From positions 7,246 to 71,245 of the forward strand of contig CAJTYS010000019.1 in the NCBI GenBank assembly GCA_910583765.1: a DNA stretch of 64,000 bases, written 5' to 3'. The notes under the pieces are model-generated. The model made no database searches. It was not told the DNA's origin and worked only from the letters and a program-made list of their open reading frames with translations. This DNA is from an uncultured Eubacteriales bacterium (GTDB lineage Bacteria; Bacillota; Clostridia; Peptostreptococcales; Anaerovoracaceae). Every line of letters begins with the position of its first letter. Positions within the stretch are counted from its first letter, which is position 1. The translations under genes and the position numbers were made by a program. Below, piece by piece: positions 49,711 to 60,154 of the stretch.

Positions 49711-50168
49711 ATTTCCTCCGACTTCTTTTTCCTAAGTTCTTTAAAAAATGTTTTCAATATGTCTTGACACTCCTGCCGCATGATTCCGCTCTCGATCTCC
49801 ACATAATGGTTGAGCTTCGGCTCTTGGGGAATGTTGAAAACAGAGCCGCAGGCCCCGCTCTTGGGATCCATGGTGCCGATGCAGAGCTTTTCGATCCGAG
49901 CCCATACAATTGCCCCTGCGCACATGGCGCATGGCTCGGCTGTGACGTACAGGCTGCATCCTGACAACCGCCAGCCGCCTAAATGTTTGGCAGCCTCTCT
50001 CAGTGCCAGTATTTCTGCGTGGGCGGTGGGATCTTTCAAGGTTTCCGTCAGATTGTGCCCGCGTCCTATGATCTCGCCGTCCTTTTCTACCACTGCTCCA
50101 ATTGGGACTTCCTCAAGGGTATAAGCAATTTTTGCCTCTTTCAAGGCTTCTGACATAAAGTTTCTCAT
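49707..50168 (-). CDS. tadA: tRNA adenosine(34) deaminase
   Basis: EVPIGAV, DPTAHAE, EPCAMCAGA, DPKSGACGS, FFKELR. Confidence 0.95.
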   Translation of the reverse strand: MRNFMSEALKEAKIAYTLEEVPIGAVVEKDGEIIGRGHNLTETLKDPTAHAEILALREAAKHLGGWRLSGCSLYVTAEPCAMCAGAIVWARIEKLCIGTMDPKSGACGSVFNIPQEPKLNHYVEIESGIMRQECQDILKTFFKELRKKKSEEI

Positions 50169-50537
50169 ATATCATATGATTTTACCATATTTTTTAGCTT
50201 GTATCAAGGAAAATCGAGCTTGGATTTTGGAATCGTGGGTTGAATTTTTTGCCTGATGCCCGGTTTTTTATGTTGCAAAAAGACCCTTGAAAACAGCCTT
50301 GGCTTTGTCTCAAAGATCTTTTCGCAAGTTTGCAGTTGTAATCTCCTTTTGGTAATCCCCTTTTGTATCATCAAGGATATCACTTTTTGAGGAGATTGTC
50401 ATTGACGGCATAGTTGAATGTTAGCTTTATCCATATGCGCCCCTAAGGTTTACGGCAAAGGCCGCGCTGTGCGCTGGTCTGTCGAAGATTTTGCGTCATC
50501 CAGCGGCCCTGTCCGCTGACCTGCCAAATCTTTCGTG

Positions 50538-50900
50538 TCATCCGGCTGCGCTGCTCGTGTGTCTCAGATAAAGCCTGCGATATTTTTTGACTCGTATACG
50601 ATGCCTGGCCACTGCCATGTCTATGGAAATCATGTCTGGCACTGTGAAGTTCTCAGGAGTCTCCTGGGCTTCCTCTGGATCGGAGAGCAGGTCGCCAAGG
50701 CTGATCTCATATAATTTCATCAGGGCGAACATGGCGTCCGCAGGTGGGTAGTTGCTCCCGCTTTCATATTTATATATGGCCTGTACAGAGCCTAGGCGAA
50801 GATATTCTCTGACTTCATTGATTGAAAGTTTTTTTGCTTTGCGAAAGCGTTTTAAGTTACGGCCAATGAGCTTGATATCGTATTCTGGTCGATGCTTCAA
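50538..50900 (-). CDS. XRE-family HTH regulator
   Basis: IGRNLKRFR...SVQAIYKYESG...P; GAGGGG RBS before a TTG start. Confidence 0.8.
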   Translation of the reverse strand: MKHRPEYDIKLIGRNLKRFRKAKKLSINEVREYLRLGSVQAIYKYESGSNYPPADAMFALMKLYEISLGDLLSDPEEAQETPENFTVPDMISIDMAVARHRIRVKKYRRLYLRHTSSAAG

Positions 50901-51110
50901 TGATTTCCCCTCCCTTTGCGATGTCTTTCATCCTTTATTATCTATTTATTGGTTTTTTTACCATTTACACGATCTAGTTTATCATGCTTTGATTGAAATG
51001 GCAAGAGGGGTTTATGATTTATTTGGATTGAATTTCCATTAGGCTAAAAGTTGTGACACGATTCATCTGCGGAAGAAAAGCTTGCCCCCGGACAACTATT
51101 GATAGCGACT

Positions 51111-51380
51111 TTAACGCTTCCAATCTTCAATCCCATATTTCTCCATGAGCGCTTTGGCTCTTGCCTCGCCTGTTTTTGTTATATATACGGATTTTGATCG
51201 ATGCGAGCCTTGCCGTATATGATCCTCTTCATCCAGTTTGTTCAAGATGCTAAAATCATAACCTTTCCATGCGCGCTTGGCACTTGGGTCCGCAAGCCGG
51301 CCCTGCTCTGTGAAGTGGGACAGGTAAAGCAACAACATCGTCAATTCTTCCATTGCGGTTTCTGCGTCCGTTTTGTTCAT
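51111..51380 (-). CDS. Small winged-helix-like protein (DUF6429-like)
   Basis: ELTMLLLYL, AWKGYDF, SKSVYIT.TG; GGAGG RBS; family from recall. Confidence 0.65.
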   Translation of the reverse strand: MNKTDAETAMEELTMLLLYLSHFTEQGRLADPSAKRAWKGYDFSILNKLDEEDHIRQGSHRSKSVYITKTGEARAKALMEKYGIEDWKR

Positions 51381-51541
51381 ATTGACCTCCCGATTACTTG
51401 CTAAAATTTAGCTGAATTATAACACTATTCCGTTTCGTCGAATATATTTTACAGTTTCCCTAATTCGTCCATCATGGCAGGCCTGTGCTTGTATTGGATT
51501 TTCCATTCTGCGGCGATTTCTGCCGGGTGCCTCCAGTGCTG

Positions 51542-52312
51542 TTACCATTCGATGTCTTGTGGGTATTGGATCCTTGGATCTTCCAAGTCATAGATGCTTG
51601 TTCCATATTCTTGTGCCCAATACTCGAGATCATCTTTTAGGTTGTAGTATGCCTGCGTTTTTTTCACGATCCTCTTGGCAATGTTTCTAAGTTTGTCCTT
51701 TCGCTTACTAACTTGGGTTTTTAGTAGTTCCACGTTGCATTTATCGATATACTGTGTTGCATAGTGCATGTAGTCATCATCAATTCGTTGCTGCAAGCGT
51801 ATTATTTTTTCCAGTTCTTCATCACCCACTACCGTTCCAAGGGCTTGCCATATCCCGGCGCACAGCACATCAAGATTAGCTTTGTCTCTAACATAGTCCG
51901 CATATGGCATTGCTATTCCCATTTCTGCACGTTTTCCCCTTACGCCATAATAGAGGGAGGAAAATGGATAGATCTGTGGAACAGACGCAGCTACGAATAT
52001 GGCTTCTGGAAACAAGATGTTCACGCTATAATAAACATTCTGTGTAGGCGTGATCTGCGCATGCCATTTCATGATTTCCTGGTTCATTCCATTGTCCTCC
52101 AAAACAAGATCTCTGTCGCCCATGAACGCATGGCGGATATCGTAGCATACTCCCAGCAAGCGATTTTTTACGCCATAATAAAGCGTTTCATCTCCTTGGA
52201 TTTGCTCTGATCCGACCATACTGTATATGCTTTCGACTAAATCGTAAAAATCGTTGTAATCACCTTGGATCGTGATTCCAGTCAGATGTTCTGTGGGTTT
52301 TGTTTGTAGCAT
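51542..52312 (-). CDS. Conserved hypothetical protein (DUF6904-like)
   Basis: GITIQGDY.DF, LLGVCYDIRHAFMGDR; AGGAGG RBS; family from recall. Confidence 0.6.
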   Translation of the reverse strand: MLQTKPTEHLTGITIQGDYNDFYDLVESIYSMVGSEQIQGDETLYYGVKNRLLGVCYDIRHAFMGDRDLVLEDNGMNQEIMKWHAQITPTQNVYYSVNILFPEAIFVAASVPQIYPFSSLYYGVRGKRAEMGIAMPYADYVRDKANLDVLCAGIWQALGTVVGDEELEKIIRLQQRIDDDYMHYATQYIDKCNVELLKTQVSKRKDKLRNIAKRIVKKTQAYYNLKDDLEYWAQEYGTSIYDLEDPRIQYPQDIEW

Positions 52313-52510
52313 GTTTTTTGTGCCTCCTGTGGGTGAGTGCTTCTGGGTGTTATAGTTAGTTCGAATTACTTCAGTGGTGATCTGTTATGCTGGCTTGGTT
52401 GCTATTTTGATGGTTTCTCGTTTTGATCCCTCAAATTCCGTCTCTACGGTGAATATGATCTGTCCACTATCCCCCCTGGACACTCAGGCTGCGTTTCCCC
52501 AAATGCAAAA

Positions 52511-53395
52511 TTACGTGGTACCGGAATCAGTGTTAAAGTATTTATCAATTGTTGCTTTCTTAAGTATTTCTAATACTTCCCTTCCACTTTGAGGCCTACG
52601 ATGATAATTGTTATCCAACATTTTCAATACTACACAGGCTAAATCTTCTCCTATATTTCCAAAGTCTTTGCTTGATATAATTCCGCCTGGAAATTTTCCT
52701 AGTAGCACAAACGCAAAAATCATCCCTAATTGATAAACATCAGAATAGGTACCTAAATCATTTTCTCCAAAATAATACTTATTTACCGCTTCTGGGCTAA
52801 TCCAAAATACAGGTCCTATTTTTTCATTTTCTCCTGTGATATCGTAATGCTCTCTATCATCAAGGAATTCACATAAGCCAAAATCACTTAATACCCATCT
52901 TTCCCCCTTTATTAGAATGTTTTCCGGTTTAATATCTCTATGTATCGCATATTGATGGATCTCCACTAACGCCTCACTTAGACCTCGAAATTGTGGTACA
53001 TAAACTTCATATGGAATGCTTCTTGTCTGCAAGAGAAACTCTTTTAGGTTCGAGTCCGCCCTTTCCATAATGACAAACAGAGCATCCCGTTCACCATGTG
53101 CCTTTCTAGATTCCCGCACTTTCACTATGCCAGTATCTATGTATTTAATGGTGTGCGGATGATTCAATCGTTTCATTAATGAAACTTCTTGCTTAAATCG
53201 TATTTTACTTTTTTCTGTAAAGTGGAGCATAAACTTAACTGCATAAATCATCCCTGATTGGTCTATACATTCATAAACCACACCATTTCCACCTGAACCA
53301 ATCCGCTCATAAACTTCATATGATAAACCAGATTCTCCAATAATCTCTTCGCCTTCAAAATAAAAAGTTCGATTCTTCTTTATATATAACTCCAT
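52511..53395 (-). CDS. Soluble Hanks-type Ser/Thr protein kinase
   Basis: IGSGGNGVV, YAVK, HRDIKPENIL, SDFG, SPE, SDVYQLG, RRP; no TM or PASTA region. Confidence 0.92.
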   Translation of the reverse strand: MELYIKKNRTFYFEGEEIIGESGLSYEVYERIGSGGNGVVYECIDQSGMIYAVKFMLHFTEKSKIRFKQEVSLMKRLNHPHTIKYIDTGIVKVRESRKAHGERDALFVIMERADSNLKEFLLQTRSIPYEVYVPQFRGLSEALVEIHQYAIHRDIKPENILIKGERWVLSDFGLCEFLDDREHYDITGENEKIGPVFWISPEAVNKYYFGENDLGTYSDVYQLGMIFAFVLLGKFPGGIISSKDFGNIGEDLACVVLKMLDNNYHRRPQSGREVLEILKKATIDKYFNTDSGTT

Positions 53396-53397
53396 AG

Positions 53398-54420
53398 TTA
53401 TTCCTCAATTTTATAGAGCATTTCTATCTTCTTTTGTATATATTCCACTCTCCAAATTCTATTTGCTGCGGAATTAGCATCGCTAAGGCATCTTGTAGCG
53501 TATTCCCTATATTCATCGTCCTCTGCTTGTGGTCCTATATGTTCATCTAATTCCTGTAAAGATGCACGTACCGCATCTATATTTTCAGTCTGCATTTTAC
53601 CGTTTTGCCGCAACTGATATACACACGCAAACAATGAATAGAAATCGGCTTTTTGCCTAAATCTCGTTTCCTTTATTGGGAATTTTTCTAGGTCAAAGAT
53701 AACAGAAATATCTTGTATGATATCTAAAAACGTATGCTCTATAGCTTCTTGATTTTCTAACGTCATATATTCCTCGCATACATCATCTAAATACCTTTTC
53801 TTATCTTGTATTCCTTTTAGAATAATGGTCATTAATTCTTCAACAAATTCTACATCTAACATTCTTCTCCGCTGTTTTACAGAAAAGATATTTGCCTCTT
53901 CAAAAAACAGAGTTTCAGACAGTCTTTCCGCAAGAGCAATAAAATCCCCTGGAAAATCGGCCCTTCTTAATTCTTGTTTATTTAGCTGCACCGTATATTT
54001 ATTTACTCGAGAATACAAATCACGTATCTCTTCATCTGATGGATTAAATATTTCATTAATATCAATCTTATAGCGAATGAAGTCATTATGAATATGTTCA
54101 GGCAAATCACTGAATTTCATGTCTTGGTACTCACCTTCATATGGCTTTTTCAGAGGAAATTCATCTCGTATGAACTTAAGAATCGCTGTCAGTCTTTGTT
54201 GCCCATCTACAACAATTCTATATGTTTTCTCATTTTCTACAATTGATTTTATATATATTTTAGGAATGGGGATACCTTTTAATATTGTATCTATCAACAT
54301 TATTTGAGCAGCCTGAGTCCAAACTTCATTCCTCTGAAAGTCAGGTCTCAATTCGAGCCTTTGGTTGTCACTCCATTCTCGAATATCCGATATCGGATGT
54401 GAATACGATTCCCATTTCAT
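53398..54420 (-). CDS. DUF262 (GmrS / SspE N-terminal-like) protein without an evident HNH domain
   Basis: PDFQRNEVW, LIDTILKGIPIP, VDGQQRL, YSRVN; only 340 aa. Confidence 0.88.
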   Translation of the reverse strand: MKWESYSHPISDIREWSDNQRLELRPDFQRNEVWTQAAQIMLIDTILKGIPIPKIYIKSIVENEKTYRIVVDGQQRLTAILKFIRDEFPLKKPYEGEYQDMKFSDLPEHIHNDFIRYKIDINEIFNPSDEEIRDLYSRVNKYTVQLNKQELRRADFPGDFIALAERLSETLFFEEANIFSVKQRRRMLDVEFVEELMTIILKGIQDKKRYLDDVCEEYMTLENQEAIEHTFLDIIQDISVIFDLEKFPIKETRFRQKADFYSLFACVYQLRQNGKMQTENIDAVRASLQELDEHIGPQAEDDEYREYATRCLSDANSAANRIWRVEYIQKKIEMLYKIEE

Positions 54421-54528
54421 ATTATTTCACTCCTTTTCTTTATAGTATATCTCTCCTATGGGGAGCCTAGCATTTTCCCTGTTTTCTTATTTTACTATCC
54501 ACTTGATTGTAGTTTTATGTGTCATCGC

Positions 54529-55671
54529 CTATTCCTCCAATTGCTTTAAAGCGCTAACTAGTGCATCTATATCTTCTATCGTTGAAAATTGACTAAGGCC
54601 GATCCGCACTGTGCCTGAGCTGTTTTTATCCTTCAAATACTTATGAATGAAGGGTGCGCAGTGGTATCCCGTTCTTACGGCAATATCAAAGTCTTCATCT
54701 AAAATCATGCCTACCTCATCAGAACGCATATCCTTGACTACAAACGACAAAATCCCTATATGTTTGTTTTTTTCCACAGGCAGATACATATGAATCCCTC
54801 GGATCTGTCGCAGTCGCTCGACCAAATAGTGGGTAAGCTCTATTTCATGCTCCCAAATTTCTGATTGGTTTAACTTTTTTAGCGCAGCGTTCAGTCCTGC
54901 TACGGCAACTATATTAATGCTTGATGCCTCATATTTGCTTTCATTATCATGTGGCATGTTTAAATTTAACGAATCGCTTCCTGTTCCACCAGTAATAAAT
55001 TCACTTAACTTGATTCCTGCCACATTGATAAATCCTCCTATTCCAAATGGGCCATAAAGCGTCTTATGGCCTGCGAAGGCGATAAAATCAGCTTTCAACA
55101 AAGCCACATTCATTGGTAGTAATCCTATTGACTGTGCCGCATCTAAAACATTAATGCTATTATATCTTTTCCCTTCTTCAAACACCTCTTCAACTGGCAA
55201 TATGTAGCCTGTAACATTGCTAACATGTGTGCAAAAAATAGCATTAGGCTTATCCTTAGAAAACTCATATCTGGTTCGTTCAATATCAATAGCCAAAGTT
55301 TCCTCATTAATCGGCAGTTCTTTTATAAAAATTTTTTTGTTCTTAGATAGTTGATGGATCGTCCTTGCTACAGCATTATGTTCATACGGAGATACATAAA
55401 CAATCGCATTCTCTCTCAAATTTAGGCCGTGTACGATCTGATTCATGGCAATCGTAACAGATGGCGAAAACACAATGCTTGTAGACATATTCGCATGAAC
55501 TAATTCCCGCAAACGGTCCTTTGTATCCACAATTAGCTTACTAGCGTCACGTGCTCTCTTATATGAGCCACGACCGGCGTTGACTGCTAAAAATCGATTT
55601 ACTTTGTCCATCTCTAAATAGACAGCTTCCGGTTTTGGATATGTTGTTGCGGCGTTATCTAGATATATCAT
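54529..55671 (-). CDS. Cysteine desulfurase (SspA/DndA role inferred)
   Basis: IYLDNAATT, EHNAV, SNVTG, DAAQ, PLP lysine in GHKTL, RTGYHCA. Confidence 0.9.
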   Translation of the reverse strand: MIYLDNAATTYPKPEAVYLEMDKVNRFLAVNAGRGSYKRARDASKLIVDTKDRLRELVHANMSTSIVFSPSVTIAMNQIVHGLNLRENAIVYVSPYEHNAVARTIHQLSKNKKIFIKELPINEETLAIDIERTRYEFSKDKPNAIFCTHVSNVTGYILPVEEVFEEGKRYNSINVLDAAQSIGLLPMNVALLKADFIAFAGHKTLYGPFGIGGFINVAGIKLSEFITGGTGSDSLNLNMPHDNESKYEASSINIVAVAGLNAALKKLNQSEIWEHEIELTHYLVERLRQIRGIHMYLPVEKNKHIGILSFVVKDMRSDEVGMILDEDFDIAVRTGYHCAPFIHKYLKDKNSSGTVRIGLSQFSTIEDIDALVSALKQLEE

Positions 55672-55682
55672 AACATTGCTCC

Positions 55683-58600
55683 CTATCTAATCGTCTTCTC
55701 AATCATTTCTAGTAAAATCGCTACCCTATCGTTCACACCCAAATCATCAAACTCATCCAATGCGTCTTCAATGATATTACGCAGTACGCTTCCTGTTCCT
55801 TCGTCTATCTTATCGTAATATCTCTCTATTCTATTGCCGTTCTTGCCTACAAATGAAAGCTTCATTTTACCATCGTTACTTTCATCATGAATCTGTTCAA
55901 TCGCTGTTTTTATTGCTTTTAACTCCTTCACAAAATCCTCAAATGAGCATTCCGCCCAGTTTTCTATATAGATATCTGTGACAGCCTTGACCAGCCTTTT
56001 TGCCACTTCTACGTCATTATATACATTTAATTTCTCAATACAAGACATGAACATCGTTACTCTCCCACTATGCAAGCCTTGTTTTGAAATATCGCTTTGC
56101 TGGTCATACCATTCTTTTAAGACATGGAATAGATTTGCTTTTTTCCCCCCACAAAACACGTCGTATATAGCATCAACAGCATTATTCTGCATCCATGCCA
56201 AATAACCCTCAAAAGCATTGAACACTTGATGGATTGCTGAATATGTGGCTTCTAAAGAACCTGTATCAAATTCTTCTGGCAATGTTATGAACAAAATTTC
56301 AAAAGGATTATATTCCATCTTTTGCAAAAGCCTTTTAAGGGCCTTCATGTTTCTTCGTATTTGTTCATTATTTTCATAAGCATCGATATTCGCGGCATTT
56401 CTTGTGACTAGCGGTAAAGCTCTGAACCACCTCTGCATACAAAGCAAAATATCATTGATTCTATTGTCTGTCAGATTTCTATTATCCTGGACATGGAATA
56501 AATCTTTCAAGCCACTAATGTATTGTTCTTTCTGAATGTCTTCTTTCGATACAAATAGAGAGTATTGTTCTGATGATTCGCACATATTAACCACAATATT
56601 GGCCTCTAATTGCACCTCCATATCTATGAAATAAAAAACTAAATCCTCCCGTCTCTTAGAAAAAGCGTACGCTAAATAAATGGGAATGACTCCTTTTCTA
56701 AGGCCATATGGTGGTGCCGTCAATATTTGGATCAATTCTGAAACTCTTTGTTTTTTATCGCAACATGAATCTATGAAATCATCCATTTGCTTGATAATCT
56801 CTCTTAGATTCCCCTCTTCCTTATTTTCTAGAAGACCTGTCCCACAAAAAAGCGACCGATAAATTGTTGCTTCCTGATTTGTTCCAGAATAAAAATCTTC
56901 TCCATCCTTGTGTTCTAAAATAGCCTCAACGATATTTAGTCTAGCTTTCTTTGTTTGTCCGGTGCTAATTGTTGCTCTATTTATGATTTCGTTATTGATG
57001 ATCGGAGATTTTTGAAATAACAATTCACAACAAGCATTCACTGCGCTTTCTGGTCTTCTATCGCTGCTATATTTTATCTCCTGGCCATCAAAGTATAATA
57101 CCTTACAAGAATCATCCTCATCATAGACATCCGATAATATATCTTGTACTTCTTTTGTTATGTCCTCTTGTAATAAAGGCATCTCTCTTTGCATAATTTC
57201 ATGGTCTATAGTGAATGCTTGATTTCCCTTTAAATCTTGGATGATTTCATAATCTCTCAATTGTTTTTCAATCTTTATAGATTGTTTAGGCACCACCACA
57301 ACAAGATTTCTGCACTCTAATGATTCAAGGTGCTTCTCCACCTGTTCCTGTCTGATTGGTGAAAAACTATATAGCGTAACCACTTTGCCATCCGCATTAT
57401 CATCTTTATCGAAAAGTGTCGCTGCATTCTCGATACTTAAAAAGGTTCCTATATCCAGGTATTCATGTTTAAAATACCTGGTAATATAATGCTCTGTATT
57501 ATACTTGCGCGGGACCACAAAAAACTCTCCTGAAATCTGAGACAGGGCCCTTGCATAATTAACATTTGCTCCCTTCATACTTCTTTGTTTATTGATCTCA
57601 GTCTTAAGCACAGATCCCGCACGTGTTTTAAATACGTATTCCCGAGTTGAGCTTTTCTTGTATATCAGTTCCTTTTTAACCAGCCCGCAAATAACCTCAT
57701 CTGTTCCTAACGCATTGACCGCTAGTGGCAAATACTTATCATCCGCAGGAATCTCGTCTTCTTTATTGACTATGAGAATGATTGCTAATGTTTTTATTAC
57801 CTTTTTTTCTTCATCCGTATCGCATTTAGAAATGGCATGCTCTGCTGCGAGCCATAGATTATGGACCATTTCATTTGATATCTCTTTTTTAAACAAACTG
57901 CTAAAATAATCGTATATCAAATCCGCCCCGATCGACCAATCATCATGCGCAGTATGTTCTGCTACAAATCTAGCCATACTATGTGGTTCATCATTTGAGA
58001 TAAATGTAAACAGGGTTCTTTCATTCTGAGCCACTTTTTCGCTAACATTCAGTAGCAGATACGCAGCAATTGGATTCAAAGGGTAGCAACCATGTAATAC
58101 AATATGTATAAATTCCTCTTTCTTGAAATTAGCTCTAAAAACCGGAAATTGAAAATATTTTTTCTCTGCTTCGCCTCCCAGTAGCCTATCATATCCTGGG
58201 ATCGTTTTAAGTTCATCGGTTTTTTTGTTAATTGCGCTTTTTACTAATTCGTAATTATTTTTTGAAGACGTTATAAAATATTTTTCAATTATCCGCCCTT
58301 CTATCCCTGTAAAACCATTTATGATCTCCTGAGACAAATGCTTGCCATACTCTTTTATGCTCTTATGGGCGACCATTGTAATAAAAACCTGCGCATTATG
58401 TGATTCTGCCGCAAGTTCACAAATATCCTGTAGAAGCTTCATGTTATTTCCAGCCGATTTGCCATCCTGCCCCTCGATAAACTTGCTAAACTCATCAAAA
58501 ATAATGTAAATCCCGCTATACCCATAATCTTCGACTAGTTTTTCACTAACACTTTTATATAACGGGAGCACATCCGACACTGCAAGAGGATTAAACTCTG

Positions 58601-59267
58601 TTCCAGCCGCAACCTTTGGATGTATCGCTGAAAATATATCTAATGCTTTCTGCGAAAATCGCTTAATATCAGCCTTTAATTCTGAGACATCAATATTATA
58701 ATGCTTCAGTTCTTTTATAAACTGACGGTAAGTTTCTGGATAATTATTTTGCCAATCCTCTATCCTATCTACTGCGATAGAATAAAAAGTAACTGGTGCC
58801 ACCTCTTCTATCCCATCTCTCTTTAATGCATCGTTTAACGCAAATAGGAATGCCTGGTTCAAATCATTTTTAGAGTCATTTAAAATAACAGGCAGAAATT
58901 TCTTTTTATTTTCCCAAACAGCTAAGACATCTTTAGCTACTTTTTCGCCAATTTCATCAATGCGCTTTATTTTTGATACGACCTGGGAGATAATACCCCT
59001 ATTCCTATCGTTCCTTGCCATTGAAAGAATCGCTAGAAGCATAAGAAGTAAATGGGATTTTCCCTTTCCATAAGGCCCCACAAGTAACGTTGCCTGTTCC
59101 TTGTTCTGTAAGACAGCTTGGAGATATTCATCCATAAATTCAATGGAAGATTTAGTTGGTATATAGTTTAAAAGCTTGTCCTTTTTATTAAGACTTAAAT
59201 ATAGATTAATCGCAGTTTTAAAACTACTATTAAATTCTATTATTTCGCCTAGATTATTTATTGCCAT
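55683..59267 (-). CDS. Large P-loop ATPase (SspC/BrxC-like)
   Basis: Walker A GPYGKGKS, Walker B IIFDEF, YPLNP, AQNERTLF, PPYG; 1194 aa; between DUF4007 and the desulfurase. Confidence 0.75.
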   Translation of the reverse strand: MAINNLGEIIEFNSSFKTAINLYLSLNKKDKLLNYIPTKSSIEFMDEYLQAVLQNKEQATLLVGPYGKGKSHLLLMLLAILSMARNDRNRGIISQVVSKIKRIDEIGEKVAKDVLAVWENKKKFLPVILNDSKNDLNQAFLFALNDALKRDGIEEVAPVTFYSIAVDRIEDWQNNYPETYRQFIKELKHYNIDVSELKADIKRFSQKALDIFSAIHPKVAAGTEFNPLAVSDVLPLYKSVSEKLVEDYGYSGIYIIFDEFSKFIEGQDGKSAGNNMKLLQDICELAAESHNAQVFITMVAHKSIKEYGKHLSQEIINGFTGIEGRIIEKYFITSSKNNYELVKSAINKKTDELKTIPGYDRLLGGEAEKKYFQFPVFRANFKKEEFIHIVLHGCYPLNPIAAYLLLNVSEKVAQNERTLFTFISNDEPHSMARFVAEHTAHDDWSIGADLIYDYFSSLFKKEISNEMVHNLWLAAEHAISKCDTDEEKKVIKTLAIILIVNKEDEIPADDKYLPLAVNALGTDEVICGLVKKELIYKKSSTREYVFKTRAGSVLKTEINKQRSMKGANVNYARALSQISGEFFVVPRKYNTEHYITRYFKHEYLDIGTFLSIENAATLFDKDDNADGKVVTLYSFSPIRQEQVEKHLESLECRNLVVVVPKQSIKIEKQLRDYEIIQDLKGNQAFTIDHEIMQREMPLLQEDITKEVQDILSDVYDEDDSCKVLYFDGQEIKYSSDRRPESAVNACCELLFQKSPIINNEIINRATISTGQTKKARLNIVEAILEHKDGEDFYSGTNQEATIYRSLFCGTGLLENKEEGNLREIIKQMDDFIDSCCDKKQRVSELIQILTAPPYGLRKGVIPIYLAYAFSKRREDLVFYFIDMEVQLEANIVVNMCESSEQYSLFVSKEDIQKEQYISGLKDLFHVQDNRNLTDNRINDILLCMQRWFRALPLVTRNAANIDAYENNEQIRRNMKALKRLLQKMEYNPFEILFITLPEEFDTGSLEATYSAIHQVFNAFEGYLAWMQNNAVDAIYDVFCGGKKANLFHVLKEWYDQQSDISKQGLHSGRVTMFMSCIEKLNVYNDVEVAKRLVKAVTDIYIENWAECSFEDFVKELKAIKTAIEQIHDESNDGKMKLSFVGKNGNRIERYYDKIDEGTGSVLRNIIEDALDEFDDLGVNDRVAILLEMIEKTIR

Positions 59268-59282
59268 GGCAACCCTTTCTAC

Positions 59283-60152
59283 TTATCTATGTTTGTCATA
59301 ATACTCATGCAGAACGCTCATGGGTGTAAATTTTTTTATTTTATAAATCATATCAAGGCCTGCTGTACGATCAACTTGTATATATCCCATGGTATCCAAC
59401 TTATCAAGCAGTTCATTGATAACTATTGGAGTCAATTGATATATACTTTTCAATCCACACTCATCTGATATCGCCTTTTCAATAGAAATCGCCTTCGTAT
59501 CACCCATTAAAACCGCTAATTCATAAAGTATGTTCCACTCATTGATTGATCTCCTATCTGGATGGCCTTTTGCGTATTTTCTTCCGGAGTTCTTGATTAG
59601 CTTCAAGTTGTTGAACGGAGATATATTTTTGTCTTCTGGGTCATGAACCTCTTTAGATTTACTGTACATGTTTAGTAAAATATCCACATCATTTCTTACA
59701 GATTTCTCTGAAAAATTTTGTCCTTCTGTATATTTTGTGATCTCTCTGCAAAGGATCTGGCTTATCTGATCTTTATCTAATTCTTCTTCATCACATCTAT
59801 TGAAGTACATATACCAACTTGTGGCACCTTCTGCGTTTCTTGTGATGGATGAATGCAGTATCCACAATGTAAAATCATCTTCCAGATATAAATCCTTGTC
59901 AGCAATAAGTTCCCCGAGTTCTGTTAAGAAGGCACCCTCTTTCGGTTTTTCCTCCATTAATCTGAACGCCTTCATCCAATATCTCAGTGATTTGACCATA
60001 TTATTACCTATGCCAAAAATATCAGCTCCACTTTTACCCTGAAATACACTTGGATTTTTAGGTACTATGATTAGCCCCTTATTGAGCCATCCCTCTCTTA
60101 ACGCAAACTTCTCATGCCCTTGAATTTTAAATTTAATCCTGCCTTTTGCCAT
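59283..60152 (-). CDS. DUF4007 protein (SspB-like)
   Basis: GHEKFALREGWLNKG, FGIGNNMVKSLRYW, D.YLE...TLWILH, RTAGLD; start set at ATG 60152. Confidence 0.85.
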   Translation of the reverse strand: MAKGRIKFKIQGHEKFALREGWLNKGLIIVPKNPSVFQGKSGADIFGIGNNMVKSLRYWMKAFRLMEEKPKEGAFLTELGELIADKDLYLEDDFTLWILHSSITRNAEGATSWYMYFNRCDEEELDKDQISQILCREITKYTEGQNFSEKSVRNDVDILLNMYSKSKEVHDPEDKNISPFNNLKLIKNSGRKYAKGHPDRRSINEWNILYELAVLMGDTKAISIEKAISDECGLKSIYQLTPIVINELLDKLDTMGYIQVDRTAGLDMIYKIKKFTPMSVLHEYYDKHR

Positions 60153-60154
60153 GG

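Noticed and set aside
50430..50537. Possible c-di-GMP-I riboswitch (GGCAG...GACGCAAAA on the minus strand)
   Set aside because: No GNRA tetraloop or receptor stem; the sequence folds better as one long hairpin
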